Source of the DNA: Hemiscyllium ocellatum | Taxonomy: Eukaryota | Length of the DNA stretch: 64,000 nucleotides | Assembly: GCF_020745735.1 (NCBI RefSeq) | Contig: NC_083440.1 | Location: 31,978,468-32,042,467, forward strand | Direction: 5' to 3' | In this document: piece by piece, positions 15,001 through 26,989 of the stretch | How the letters are laid out: every line of letters starts with the position of its first letter | Position numbering within the stretch: the stretch's first letter is position 1 | The notes under the pieces: generated by a model | Seen by the model: the letters and a program-made list of their open reading frames with translations, nothing else | Databases searched by the model: none | What the model was told of the DNA's origin: nothing | Position numbers and translations under genes: made by a program

Positions 15001-16918
15001 AAGTGCAGGAGGATTCACTGAATAAGTCAGTTACGTTTGTTCCATTGAAACAAGGATTGTGGTTTGGTTCGTTGAATGAATGATTGCATTTTGATTCAAT
15101 TATTCAATGAATGCAGTTTGTTTCATTCAATGAAAACGGTGAGCTTGACATATTGAATGAATCAGAGAAGCTCTTCTATTTGAATTAAGGCGGCCAGTTT
15201 GGTTCATGGAGTGAAGGTGCGCAGTTTGACAGAGACAACGCGTGAAACCTATGGCTTGGAATGAATGAGAGTAGCTCATTGACAAGTGCAGCTTCTTTCA
15301 TTGAATGAATGGGTGCAGTGTGCATTGAATGAACGCGACATTGAATGAGTGAGAGTATCTGTATTCATTGAATTGACAAGTGTTGTTTGCTTCATGGGCT
15401 AAATTTGTTCAATATGTTTGATTGAATCAATGCGTTAAGTTTGAGGCATTGATCCAACGAGAGTACCTCTACATGTGCAGTCTGTTTCATTGAAAGAACG
15501 AGTGCAGTAGACTCACTAAAAATTTGAATCAACAAATGTTTGTTCGATTGAAACAAGGAATATGGTGTGATTCATTGAATCAATTCAATGATTTAATGAA
15601 TGCAGTTTGTATATTTGAATGAAAGCGTTGTGCTTGACACTTTAAATGAATGAGAGAAGCTCTATACTTAACAGGTGCAGTTTGGTTCATGGATTGAATG
15701 TGTGCTGCATTCATTGAATCTTTGCATCAAACTACAATCACTGATTCCATGAATCAAATCTTATTTCTTGTTTCAATGGAACAAACCTAACTCACACAGT
15801 TAGTGATTCAAACTGCACACTTTCATTCAATGAAATAGGCTGCACTTGTCAATTCAATGAGTAGAGTTATTCTCATTCGTTCAATGTCACAGGCTTCACA
15901 CATTGCCTCAATCAAACTGCACACATTCAATCCATGAACTAAACTGCACCTGTTAATTTAATGAGTATAGAGCTTCTCTCATTCATTCAAAGTGACAAGC
16001 ACAACGCTTTCATTCAATTATACAAACTGCATTCATTAAATCATGAATTGATTCAACGAATCAAACCTCTTTCCTTGTTTCAATCGAACAAACGTAATTG
16101 ACTTATTGAGTGAATCCTCCTGCACTCGGTCATTCAATGCAATAGACTGCAATCAGTAAAGGTTCACTCATTCGTTTAATGACACAAGCCTAACGCATTG
16201 ATTCAATCAAAGAAACGGCAAACATTTCCTCCATGGAGGAAACTGCACGTGTTCGTTCAATGAGTAGAACTTTTCTTTTTCATTCAATACCTCGAGCTTA
16301 ACGCTTTAATTCTATGAATCAAGCTGCATTCATTCTTTGATTCATATTTCAATCATTGATTCAAAGAATCAAATGGAATTCATTGATTTAAGTGTACTAA
16401 CATCACTTTATTTATGGAGTGAATTTAACTGCGTTCATTCTATTAATGAATCAAACTGCAAACATTCATTCGATGAGAAATATGGCAAGTCCTGTTCCAA
16501 TGAATCTAGCTTTTGCCATTCATTCAATGAAGGAAACTGCACGCGTTCATTGAATGATACAAACTGCATGCGTTCATTAAATGAAACAGACTTCACTTGT
16601 TCAATTAATATAAACAGCTTTTCTCGTTGACTCAAGCTTTACACTTTCATTCAATGAAAGCAACTGCATTCATTCAATCATTGATTCAAACTGCCATCCT
16701 TTAGTCAATGAATCAATCAGTATCAATCGATACAATAAAATAAATCACGTTTCCTTCGTGAACCAAACAGAAAACCTGTATTCAATGAAATACACTGCAC
16801 GTCTAAATTCAATGAGTGGTGCACCGGCCATTCATTCAATACCACGAGCAAAACGCATTCATTCAATGAAACGAACTGCACGCATTCAATACAGACTGCA
16901 GGTCTAAATTCAATTTTT
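1..16918. repeat. Tandem satellite array with a ~2.67-kb higher-order unit. Units start at 1, 2681, 5365, 8036, 10689 and 14642; the fifth interval is 3953 bp; the last unit is cut by the gap.
   Basis: The marker ATTCAATGAATCACACCAT recurs at those positions. The same spurious 97-aa, 66-aa and 61-aa ORFs recur at matching offsets. The unit is made of short CATT/TTCATTCAATGAA/AACTGCA subrepeats. Confidence 0.97.
198..1062 (-). repeat. Inverted ~865-bp block inside the satellite unit, present in every full unit (e.g. 2878-3744)
   Basis: Motif polarity flips (TTGAATGAA/GTGCAGTT instead of TTCATTCAA/AACTGCAC). 198-435 is the reverse complement of ~1407-1645, and 741-1062 is the reverse complement of 2548-2878. 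Confidence 0.92.
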
Positions 16919-17418
16919 NNNNNNNNNNNNNNNNNNNNNNNNNNNNNNNNNNNNNNNNNNNNNNNNNNNNNNNNNNNNNNNNNNNNNNNNNNNNNNNNNN
17001 NNNNNNNNNNNNNNNNNNNNNNNNNNNNNNNNNNNNNNNNNNNNNNNNNNNNNNNNNNNNNNNNNNNNNNNNNNNNNNNNNNNNNNNNNNNNNNNNNNNN
17101 NNNNNNNNNNNNNNNNNNNNNNNNNNNNNNNNNNNNNNNNNNNNNNNNNNNNNNNNNNNNNNNNNNNNNNNNNNNNNNNNNNNNNNNNNNNNNNNNNNNN
17201 NNNNNNNNNNNNNNNNNNNNNNNNNNNNNNNNNNNNNNNNNNNNNNNNNNNNNNNNNNNNNNNNNNNNNNNNNNNNNNNNNNNNNNNNNNNNNNNNNNNN
17301 NNNNNNNNNNNNNNNNNNNNNNNNNNNNNNNNNNNNNNNNNNNNNNNNNNNNNNNNNNNNNNNNNNNNNNNNNNNNNNNNNNNNNNNNNNNNNNNNNNNN
17401 NNNNNNNNNNNNNNNNNN
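16919..17418. other. Assembly gap (500 N)
   Basis: Run of exactly 500 N; a round number typical of a scaffolding placeholder. Confidence 0.99.
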
Positions 17419-18555
17419 AAAAGAAGTTCTAGCTTGTTCAGCCTCTCCTTTTAACACTGAGTGCGAGCAACCATCCTTACATATTTTTCTGCACCGTTCC
17501 TGTTAATAACATCCTTCTCGAGGGCAAGGTGACTAAACAGAACACATGCTCCAACTGCAGCCTCACCCACCTCCTGTATAACTGTCGGTTTTTGTGAAGA
17601 CAGAATCTAAAGGCATGGATACAATTGCTCAGCTGTTCGTTGTCCTTTGTTATACATGTTCCCAATTGCCATCTGGATGGGGGACCTACCATTTGTCTTC
17701 ATCAATCTCTTTCTCTTATGCACTGTAGAACCTTGTAGCGTCAGTCTTCATGCTCCCTGCAAGCTTACTTTCTTTTGTACGTGTTTTCCCCATCTTAATC
17801 AAATCCCTTGGTCCTTCTTTGCTGATTCAAGACTGCTCTCAAACATCAGACCTATATTTTTCTTGGCCATTTCTATGCTATTTCCTTCAATTGGATGCTA
17901 TTAATTTCCTTAAGTAAGCCATGGATCGGCCCTCCTGTTACCCAATTTTGCTTTTGTACCAGACAGGAATAAATAGTTGTTGCAGATCCCCATGTTTCCT
18001 TGAATATTTGCAATGCCTATCTACTGTCACACCTTTAAGCAACTTTCACTGATCTATCAACGCCAACTCATGCCTTATATATCTTCATAGTTTCCTTTAT
18101 TAAAATTCAGCACCCTAGTCTCCAAATCAGCTGGCTCGCTCTCCATCTTGATAAAAAAGTTGTATCATGTCATGGTCACTCATCCCCAAGGAGTCTCACG
18201 CAGCTAGATTGGCAATGATTCCCTTCTCATTACACAGTCCCAGTCTAAGATGGCCTGCTCTCTAGTTGGTTCATCCACATATTGGTTAAGAAAACCATCC
18301 CGCATGTACTCCAGGAATTTTTCCTCTAAGACATTGTGGCTAATTTGATTTGTCCAATCTAGATGCAGATTAAAATCACCCATGATCACAGATGTCTCCA
18401 TATCACATGCTTGGCTAATTTCCTGTTGAATACTATTCCGATATGACCACTGCAGTCTGGGGGGTCTGTGTATGACACCCACTAATGTTTTTTTGTCCCT
18501 TGGTATTTCACAGCTCCACCCATACAGTCTCCACATTGTCAAAGCTAATGTCCTA
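17419..18555 (-). mobile_element. Degraded CR1-type LINE fragment (APE endonuclease/linker plus a 3' piece)
   Basis: The minus-strand ORF 18204-18578 has VGVIHRPP...VIMGDFNLHLDW...FLNQYVDEPTREQAILD, typical of CR1 ORF2 endonuclease. Confidence 0.75.
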
Positions 18556-18889
18556 AAAAGAGATGAACAAAAATACATGACCAGGAATTGAGATATTTCT
18601 GCTCAAATATTGATCTTGGTTTGATGCTAATTAGCCTTGTCGACTTTCAATGAATTGCTTCATAAAATCTGGGACCACCAGCAGAAGGTGATGAGCTAGA
18701 ACATTTGTGGAATTGCTTTCTCAGTAAATGAACATAGATACATTTTGTTGAGTTTTTCACAGTAGATGACAGTGCTTCTCCAGCTGGTGGAAGTGAGTGA
18801 CGCTGATAGTAGATCCTTCAACCAACACCTTCACTCATAAAAAGTTAAGGCACACAAAAGGTTGACTGAGGCTACTTAGTTTAACATCA

Positions 18890-19600
18890 TTTATTGAAAA
18901 AAATGGTGGAGTCTTTAAAAAAGAATGTTACAGCAGAAAACTGAGAATGGCTTTACAAAATGGAAATCTTGCCTGATAAATGTATTGCAATTCTTGGAGA
19001 AAGTGGAGGAAACCGTGATTGTAATATGTTTTGATTTTCTGAAGGTGTTTGACAGCACCCTTGCATAAGATTACTGAATGAGAAAGGAGCCTTGGCTTTG
19101 GAGGGACTGTATTAACGTGGAGAGAGGATTTTTGAAATCCCAATCAGAAAAGTTTGATGAAGTGTTTTATTTTACAGGATGTCAATCTGTGGAGTACCAC
19201 ATAAATCTGTTCTGGGGAGAAAAAAATTTACAAAGTATTTTGATGACTTAGATGAGGAAAGTGAATATATTGTAGGCAAGTTTGCGAATGACACAAAAAT
19301 TGGAGCGGAGACAAGTGGTGAGTATGACACAAAAAGAAGTTTGTGGAGCGATACAGATAGGACGAGAGTGAACAAGGAGCTTTGCACATTAATGTAATGT
19401 GGATTAAATAAATGAGAACAGACATAAACAGTGAACTTGTGCATTTTAACAGGCAAGATAGAGATTGAATTCAGAAATCTACAGGAAGTCTGCATCTCCA
19501 AACAACAAAAAGTTAGCTTTTAATTTCAACTGTCAATAAAGATGGCAAATGTCATGTTGGGGTTTGTTTAAAAACTAATGGAATATTGAGATTAGGAACA
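18890..19600 (+). mobile_element. Degraded CR1-type LINE RT fragment
   Basis: ORF 19179-19397 has GVPHKSVLG...DDLDEESEYIVGKFANDTKIG, a decayed form of GVPQGSVLG...KFADDTKIG. Confidence 0.65.
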
Positions 19601-19689
19601 GTCAGATAGAGCAGCGAATGTGTAGCTGAGGAGCTGCTGCAGGGGTTAGGATTCCCATTTTTCAATCATTGGGATCTCTTCAGGAATAG

Positions 19690-21358
19690 AAATGACCTAT
19701 ATAAGAGAGACCTGAATTGGAAGGGGACCGATATTCTTGTGGGGAAATTTGCTAGCAGTATGCTGAAGGTTTTAAATTAGTAAGGGGGATGGTGGGAACC
19801 AACAAGATAGTGAGAAAAGAGAAATGTTTGAGGTGAGATGTGGTGAGCAATTCTAGGGGTCAAGGCAGACAACAGTTTGGCAAGAGCAAGGTAAGACTGG
19901 TAAACTGCATTTACTTCGATGCAAGAGATCTGACATGTGAGACAGATGAACATAGGGCATAGATGGGAATGTGGGACAAGGATAACATTCCCATTACAGA
20001 AATGTGGCTCAGGGATGAACAGGACTGGCAACTTAATGTTCCAGGATACAGATGTTATAGAATGTATAGACAGAGGAGCAAGAGAGGAGATGGAGTGGTG
20101 TTTTTGGTTAGAAAGAACATTACAGCTGGATGTAGAGAGGATATTTCTTGGAGACTGCCCAGTGAAGTTATATGGATGAAACCTAAAAATAAGAAAGAGG
20201 TGATGACCTTGCTGGGATTGTAAAATAATAGTCAGTGGGAAATTTACAAGCGATTATGCTATCTGTAAGAAAAGAGGATAATGGTAGGGAATTTTAACTT
20301 TCCAAACAGAATTTGGGGGAATGTTAAGATCTTGGAATGTGGAGAAATTGGTTAAGTGTGTACAAGAAAACGTTGTTATTCAATATGTGGATGCACCTAC
20401 TGGACAGTTTGCAATACTTGACCTTCTGTTGAGAATCAAGGCAGGACAAGTGACTGAGGTGTCTGTAGGGACACTCTTCAGGGAAAGTGATCATAATTCT
20501 ATTGGTTTAATAATAATGATGAGAAAGGACAGAATTGATTTAAAAATGAAAGTTTAAATTGGAATGTGGCCAGTTTCGATGGTAGAAGACTTTGAGAAGT
20601 TGGTTGAGGGAGATTATTCTCAGGTAAAGGGACGGCTGACAAGTGGGAGGCCTTTAAGAATGAGACAATGAGAGTTCAGTGATGGTATGTTTCTGTTTGT
20701 GTGAAGGGCAAGGCATGGAAAAGCTCAATGATGAGGGAAATTGCAACTCCTGTCCAGAAAACGAAGGGGGCATTCATCAGATATAGACAGCTGGGATTGA
20801 GTGAATCCTGAGAAGGGGATAAGGGCAGTCGGAGTATCCTTAACCAGGAAATCATGAGGGAAAAAAGGGGCATGAAATTGCTTTGGCAAATAGAATTAAG
20901 GAGAATCCGAAAAGATTCTAAAATTATTTTAAGGTTAAAAGAATAACTAAGGAGAGAATACAGCCCTTAAAGATCAACATGGCTTTCCATACATGGAACC
21001 ACAGGAGATGGCTGAGACACTAAGCAAATATTTTGTATCAATATTTACAGTAGACAGGAGCATAGAAGCTAAGGAACTTGGGAAATAAATAATGTGATCT
21101 TAAAATGAGTTCATCTTACAGAAGAGGAGGTGTTGGAGGTCTTACAGTAGAAAAATGGGAATAAATCCTGGAGACCTGGTTAGGTTTTCTCAGAACTTTG
21201 TGGGAAACTAGGGAAGAGATTCGTGGACCCCTTGCTGAGATATTTGTATCGTTGATAATCATAGATGAGATGCCAGAAGACTGGAGAGTGACTAATGTGG
21301 CAGCATTATTGAAGAAAGTTGTATGGAAAAGCCAGGGAACCATAAACTGGTGAGCCTT
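19690..21358 (+). mobile_element. Degraded CR1-type LINE, endonuclease to linker region
   Basis: Fragmented ORFs ITEMWL...LNVPGYRCYR, GDGVVFLVRKNI, QYVDAPTG...ILDLLL, ESDHNSI match the CR1 APE domain. Confidence 0.75.
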
Positions 21359-21363
21359 TCACA

Positions 21364-21452
21364 CCAGAGATGCTGCCAGACCTTCTGAACATTTCCAGCA
21401 GTTTCCGTTTTTGTTTCTGATACACAGCATCCACAGTTCTTTCAGTTTTTAC
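21364..21452 (+). mobile_element. Short Penelope-type terminal remnant (GATGCTGCCAGACC...CCAGCA)
   Basis: Shares the GATGCTGCC-GACCTGCTG...TCCAGCA core with the palindromic elements at 26470, 28261 and 44127. Confidence 0.45.
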
Positions 21453-21498
21453 TTAGTAGTCAGAGAGCATTACGTTTTGGATGGGAGGCCTGTTAGAA

Positions 21499-22735
21499 CA
21501 TAACAACGTCCAAACATTAGAAATACGATCAGGAGTAGGCCATCTGACCCCATGAGTCTGCTCTGCCTTTCAATAACATCATGGATCATCTTTCAATGGA
21601 CTAAGATTCCACTTACCCACCCGCTCACTATAACCCTCCATTCCTTTACTGTTAAAAAAATCTATTTTCACCTTTAAAACATTCAACTGGTTGGCCTCAG
21701 CTGCTTCACTAGGCAGGGGATTCCACAGCTTCACAACCCTTTGGGTGAAGATGTTGATCCTCAACTCAGTCCTAAAGCTGTTGCCCTTATTTTAATGTTA
21801 TGCCCCGTCATTCTAATTTCACCCACCAGTGGAAATAGCCTCCCTGCTTCTGTCTTATCTATTCCATTTATAATTTTACAACCCCCCTCCCACATTCTTC
21901 TGAATTCCAATGAGTATACTCCCAGTCTGCTCAATCTCTCCTCACAAGCCACCCCCCTCATTTCCAGAATCAACGTAATCAACCTCCTCAGCAAACCCCA
22001 CCCCAGTGCCATCTCATGTAAGGCGATGAAAAGTATACAGAATACTTCAGGCATGGTCACACCAGCGCCCTATACAGCTGCAACAGAAAGTCCTAATTTT
22101 AAACTCTATCCACAGCCAATGAAGGACATTATTCCATTTATCTTCCTAATTAGCTATTGTACCTGCAAACCATGCTTTTGTGTTTCATGCACAAGAACAG
22201 CCAAGTCCCCCTGCACAGCAGCATTCTGTTTGTTATTATTCCTACCAAAATGGATGACCTCACGTTTACTAACATTGTACTCCATCTGCCAGACTCTTGC
22301 CCACTTACTTAACCTACCTATATCCTCCTGCACACTTTGCTCTATCACTCTTTTAAGTGCCTTCTGCGAACTATAACACACTACACTTGGATCTCTAACT
22401 CGAAGCAATCTACCTGAATTGTAAACAATTGCAGTCCCAACACTCATCCCTGAGACACACCACTCGCCACTGATTGCCAACCAGAAAAACACCCATTTAT
22501 CCCCACGTTTTGCATTCTGTTAGTTAACCAGTTTTCTGTCCATGCTAATGCATTGCTCATAACACTGTGCATCTTTATCTTATGCAGCAGCCTTTTGTGC
22601 AGCACCTTGCTGAATGCCTTTTGGAAATCCAGATACACCACGTTCACCAGTTCCCCATTGTCTACCACGCTCATTATGACCTCAAAGAATTCCAGTTAAT
22701 CAGTTAAACATGACCTGCCTTTCATGAACCCAAGC
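21499..22735 (-). mobile_element. CR1-type LINE RT and 3' end, degraded
   Basis: Minus-strand ORFs VVYLDFQKAFSKVLHKRLLHKI, SGVSQG, WQMEYNVSKREVIHFG, EERLSRLGVYSLEFRR, FTQRVVKLWN. Confidence 0.82.
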
Positions 22736-22741
22736 TTTATT

Positions 22742-23520
22742 AAATAAATGTGAGGTGCTGCATTTTTGTAAGGCAAACCAGGGCAAGACTTATACAATTA
22801 ATGGCTGGGCCTTGGGGAGTGTTGCTGAGCAAAGAAACCAAAGGGTGCAGATGCATCATTCCTTGAAAGTGGAGTTGCAGGTAGACAGGGTGGGGAAGAA
22901 AGTGTTTGGCACGCTTTCCTTCATTGGTCATAACATTAAGTGTAGGAGTCGCGATGCCATGTCTCAGTTGTACAGGACATTTGTGAGGCCACTTTTAGAA
23001 TTATTACAGACAAATCTGGCTGACCATTTCGATGAAGGATTTTATGAAACTTGAGGGGATGTAGAAAAGATTTCCAAGAATGATGCTGGAACTGGAGTGT
23101 TTAAGGTATAAGGTGAAGCTGAATAGACTGGGGCTTTTCTTTTCTCTACAGTGAGAGGAAAGGAGGCTGAGGAGTGGCCTGAACAAGACCCTATAAAACC
23201 ATGCAGGGCATTGATATGGTGAATAGCCAAGGCCTTTTTCCTCGAGTGGGAGAGTCCAAAACGAGAGGACAGCAGATTAAGGTGAGAGGAGAAACGTTTG
23301 AAAAGAACCTGAGGGGTAACCTTTTCACGTGTATGTATGGAAACAGCTGCCAGTGGTAGTGGTGGAGGTGGGTTCAATTACTGCATTTAAAAGGCACCTG
23401 GATGGGTGTATGAACAGGTAACATTTAGAGAAAGATAGGCCAAATGTCTGGCAAATGGTACTCAGTCAGGTTGGGATATCTGGTCAGTGCAGTTGGACCG
23501 AAGGGTTGTTTCTGTGCCTG
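22742..23520 (+). mobile_element. CR1-type LINE RT C-terminus and 3' tail, degraded
   Basis: ORF 22755-23054 LHFCKANQGKTYTINGWALGSV...QLYRTFVRPLLE, followed by a CR1-like 3' UTR. Confidence 0.75.
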
Positions 23521-23559
23521 ATATCTGTATGACTATAATGTTTGTTTAAACTGAAAAGG

Positions 23560-24120
23560 ACCTGTATTTTTACCACAGCTGGAATACTGTGGACTGTTCT
23601 TGGGACTCATATCACAAAGAAAAGGTACACTGGACTGTGAGACAATCCACACGAGGTTTAGCCGACTGATCCTGAGGATGGAGGGTCTGTCTTGAGAGTA
23701 GAGACTGAGTCATTTGGGCCTATACTCATTAGAACATCGAAGATTCAGTGGTGACATTCTGAAACATCTATTATTTTCAGGAAACTTGATGGTGTAAATG
23801 CAGAAATGTTGTTCCCCTTGTGGGAGAGGTTCGGACCAGTGAGTAGAATCTCTGAATAAGAGGTCACAAATATCAGGCAAACAGAATTTTGTCTCCCAGA
23901 ATGTAGTGAATCTGTGGAATTTGTTTCCATAGAACACTGTCGAGGCTGGGTCAGTCAGTATTTTGAAGGCTGAAATGGGCAGGTTTTGATTTGGGAATTG
24001 AATCAATGCTTACAGTTAAACGCTGAAAAGTGGAGGTGAGGATTATCAGCTCAGCTATGATGTCATTGTTTGGAAGCTCAAACCCCATTGGCTGAACAGA
24101 CTGCTTCTGGTTCCCTCTCA
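23560..24120 (+). mobile_element. Older CR1-type 3' remnant
   Basis: Nucleotide similarity to the other CR1 3' ends in the window (AGAATGTAGTGAATCTGTGGAATT; GAAGGCTGAAAT). Confidence 0.55.
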
Positions 24121-26469
24121 TTGACTTTTGCTCGAAGTTAGTCTTTTCAGAATTATATAGGTCTCATCGAAATTACCCTCCATTTCATGTTTGAAGCCCA
24201 GCTGCTTCAATCCCTCCTCATCATGAAAAAAGACAGGCATCATCTTTCTCACTGTTTGATGGCATTGCATTCTGCCTCTAATGCAGTGACTACATTTATA
24301 GTCCTCCAGTTCTGTTGAATATTTGTCAAACACAACCACGGCTGTCACAGAAAAGGTTAAAGATAGATCAAAACTACATTTAAACTACCATATCAAGCAC
24401 ACTGTTGGCATGTGTTGCATGGAATACACACACATTGCATATTAAAGCTCTCTCAGTATTCATCATTAAACACTGCAAGGGTTGTTCAGAGATGATTTGC
24501 TTATGTGTGTGTGTATGTCTGTGCCTGTAGATGATAATCTACTTGTATAACAAAGTTTCGATGCATAGTGTTGTTCCCTTTTATTCTGGTATCAAGCATT
24601 TCAAAATCAGAAAGACAGTGGGTAGGAGTTCAAGCCCCTTTACACAGCTACATCAAATGTTTTCCGTGATTGTACAGCTCATGTAATGTGCTGGGTAAAT
24701 CTCCCTCTATATTGTGTTGTCCAATGCAATCATGTCAAATATATTTTAGTTTAGACACAGAGTGAAGCTGCATCCAGGATTCCCTAAAAAAAAATCCTCC
24801 CAGAGTCGATACAGAATAAATCGACCTCTACAATATTAAACCTTCCATGAGATGTGCAGTGTAAGGTTAATTATAGACTAAATATGCATGACACTGAACC
24901 ATTAAACATTCCTCAGACAAGAATAATAGTGCTGAGATACAATGAAAACACTAACACAGTAAAGGCCTGCAGCCTCATTCCTATCAAGCATTTCCAGATC
25001 ACTCAATACTCAGACAGATTTTTGAGAAAATCTTGCTGTCCTGACTCAAATCTCTCGAAAGAAATGGATGAATTTGGCTGAGAGGCAATGTTGGTGAGGT
25101 GTTGGCTTCATGTTATTGAGGAAAACATTGTCCGATTGTGGAGAGGCAAAACAAGGCATCAGAGATAAAGAAAAAAGGGGGAAGGCAGGAGGGGAAGAGA
25201 GAAAAAGAGACACAGAAATATTAGCTGTGCCAATGTATCTCTTAATTATAGTTTTTTGACTAAACATGACAATTGATACCTCTGTCATTCAACAATCATA
25301 CAACTTATGTATTAAAAAGTCCTAACATCAATTAGTATTGGAATCCATTGAGTTATTTGCATTTTTCCACAATTCGTGTGATGTGCTTGTGGGGAAATAT
25401 AAATTAGGGTTTTGTGGTTCTGTAATCTATTCTGAGAATTCTATTTCTGTGTTTATTTACATAAATGCTTAATTGGCTTCAAGGAAGTGATGATGGCAGC
25501 AAAGCCAGGTGAATGAAGTGATTTGGTGGTAAGTTTCAAATCGAAACAAGTTTATTTTAAGAATGTTGACCATTTGCAGAAGTGAATAAAAATTTATGAA
25601 GCCGAATTGCAACAGATTTTATTTATTTCTGAAAGATAAATAATTTAAAACTTTTATTTAGGTTAACAATTCAGTGCTGAAAATTCTGCAAATTTAGAAT
25701 ATTCACGTGAAATACAGGAACTGCCGCAACAATTACATTTAATTGATATAGTTGTTACAAGGTTTCGTTACATGTATTACTTAATGGTAAGGGTCAGCAA
25801 TGAGTCCCTATCCCCAACTGCCCATTGAATAGCTTGCTAAAGCCACTTCAGAACACAGTCAATTACTTCCCAGTGGGTCTGAATCTCATGTCGGCCAGAC
25901 CATGTAAAGGTGACAGATGCCTTGTCATTCGTGAACCAGCTGTTTTTGTATTTTTCCATTGACTCGGGTTACATGGTCACCATTTGCCTTCCTTTCTGAT
26001 TCCAGGATTTCTTTAAATTCACATTTCACCCTGGGCAAACGATGATATTCCAAACCCTGGCCATCCAACATCAAACTGGAGTTCAAGAATACTGGTCTCA
26101 TGATATCATCACTGTGATCCGAATGTTGGCAATGTACAGAAAGCACAGAAATGCAATAAATCTGACACTTTACATCATGAACAAATATTGGAGTGAAATA
26201 CTGGCAAGAACTCTCTTGCTGTTCACAGCAACATCACAGGAGACTTTGCATCCACTCACCAATCTAAAATCTGTATCGGACTCTGTCTGAAGAGCCTGAC
26301 TCACCGTAATTAGCATTTGTTGAATTCTTCACTGAATTATGAAAACGTTAGTCACATATCCCAAGAAGGTGGCCATCAGCTCCCTTTTTGAAGGCCTGCC
26401 GTCTTGTTCGGCTAATTATGGTTGATCTTTCTTAAGAAACTTTATTACAACCAAATGGCTTCTCAGTCG

Positions 26470-26686
26470 AGACTGTAGTGCTGGAAAAGTACAGCAGGTC
26501 AGGCAGCATCCGAGGAGCAGGAGAATCGACGTTTTGGGCATAAGGCCTTCATTAAGATACCTGATGTAGTTGTTATGGCTGGAACATTGATTCTCCTGCT
26601 CCTTGGATGCTGCCTGACCTGCTGTGCTTTTCCAGCACTACACTCTCAGCTCAGATCTCCAGCACCTGCAGTCCTCACTTTCTCCT
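26470..26686. mobile_element. Palindromic Penelope-derived element, family 1, with decayed hammerhead motifs
   Basis: Inverted arms GCTGGAAAAG...GCAGGTCAGGCAGCATCC.AGGAGCAGGAGAATC / GATTCTCCTGCTCCTTGGATGCTGCCTGACCTGC. An imperfect TSD lies at 26455-26468 and 26688-26702. Confidence 0.75.
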
Positions 26687-26989
26687 GATGGGTTTCTTAG
26701 TCAGGTTCGGCACAGGAAAGGAACCATCGCCTTTTTGTTGAACAGGTTGGGCAGGCCAGGTAGGAAGGTCACACATCCTCCTCTGAAGGACAATACTGAA
26801 ACATGTAACATGCTTCAAAACTTTGGTAGGTCTGTGATTATCATTCATTACTTCAGCAGTTTCATTTCATACTCTTTCATTAATTGCAGCTACTATGGTA
26901 GAGATTGATTCTGGAACTTTACTCCAAACCTTTCGATTGCTTATTACATACTCATAATGCCTCCTTAACCACTTTCTCAAACTGTCATA

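Noticed and set aside
1694-16635. Recurrent 97-aa, 66-aa and 61-aa ORFs in the satellite
   Set aside because: They are low-complexity by-products of the CATT/AATGAA repeat, start mostly at TTG, have no domain signature, and are lost or truncated in some units.
1-16918. CRISPR-like short palindromic repeats
   Set aside because: There is no constant repeat with unique spacers; whole kilobase units repeat, there are no cas genes, and the context is a vertebrate genome.
16723-17457. 244-aa ORF on the minus strand
   Set aside because: It is an artefact of translating through the 500-N gap.
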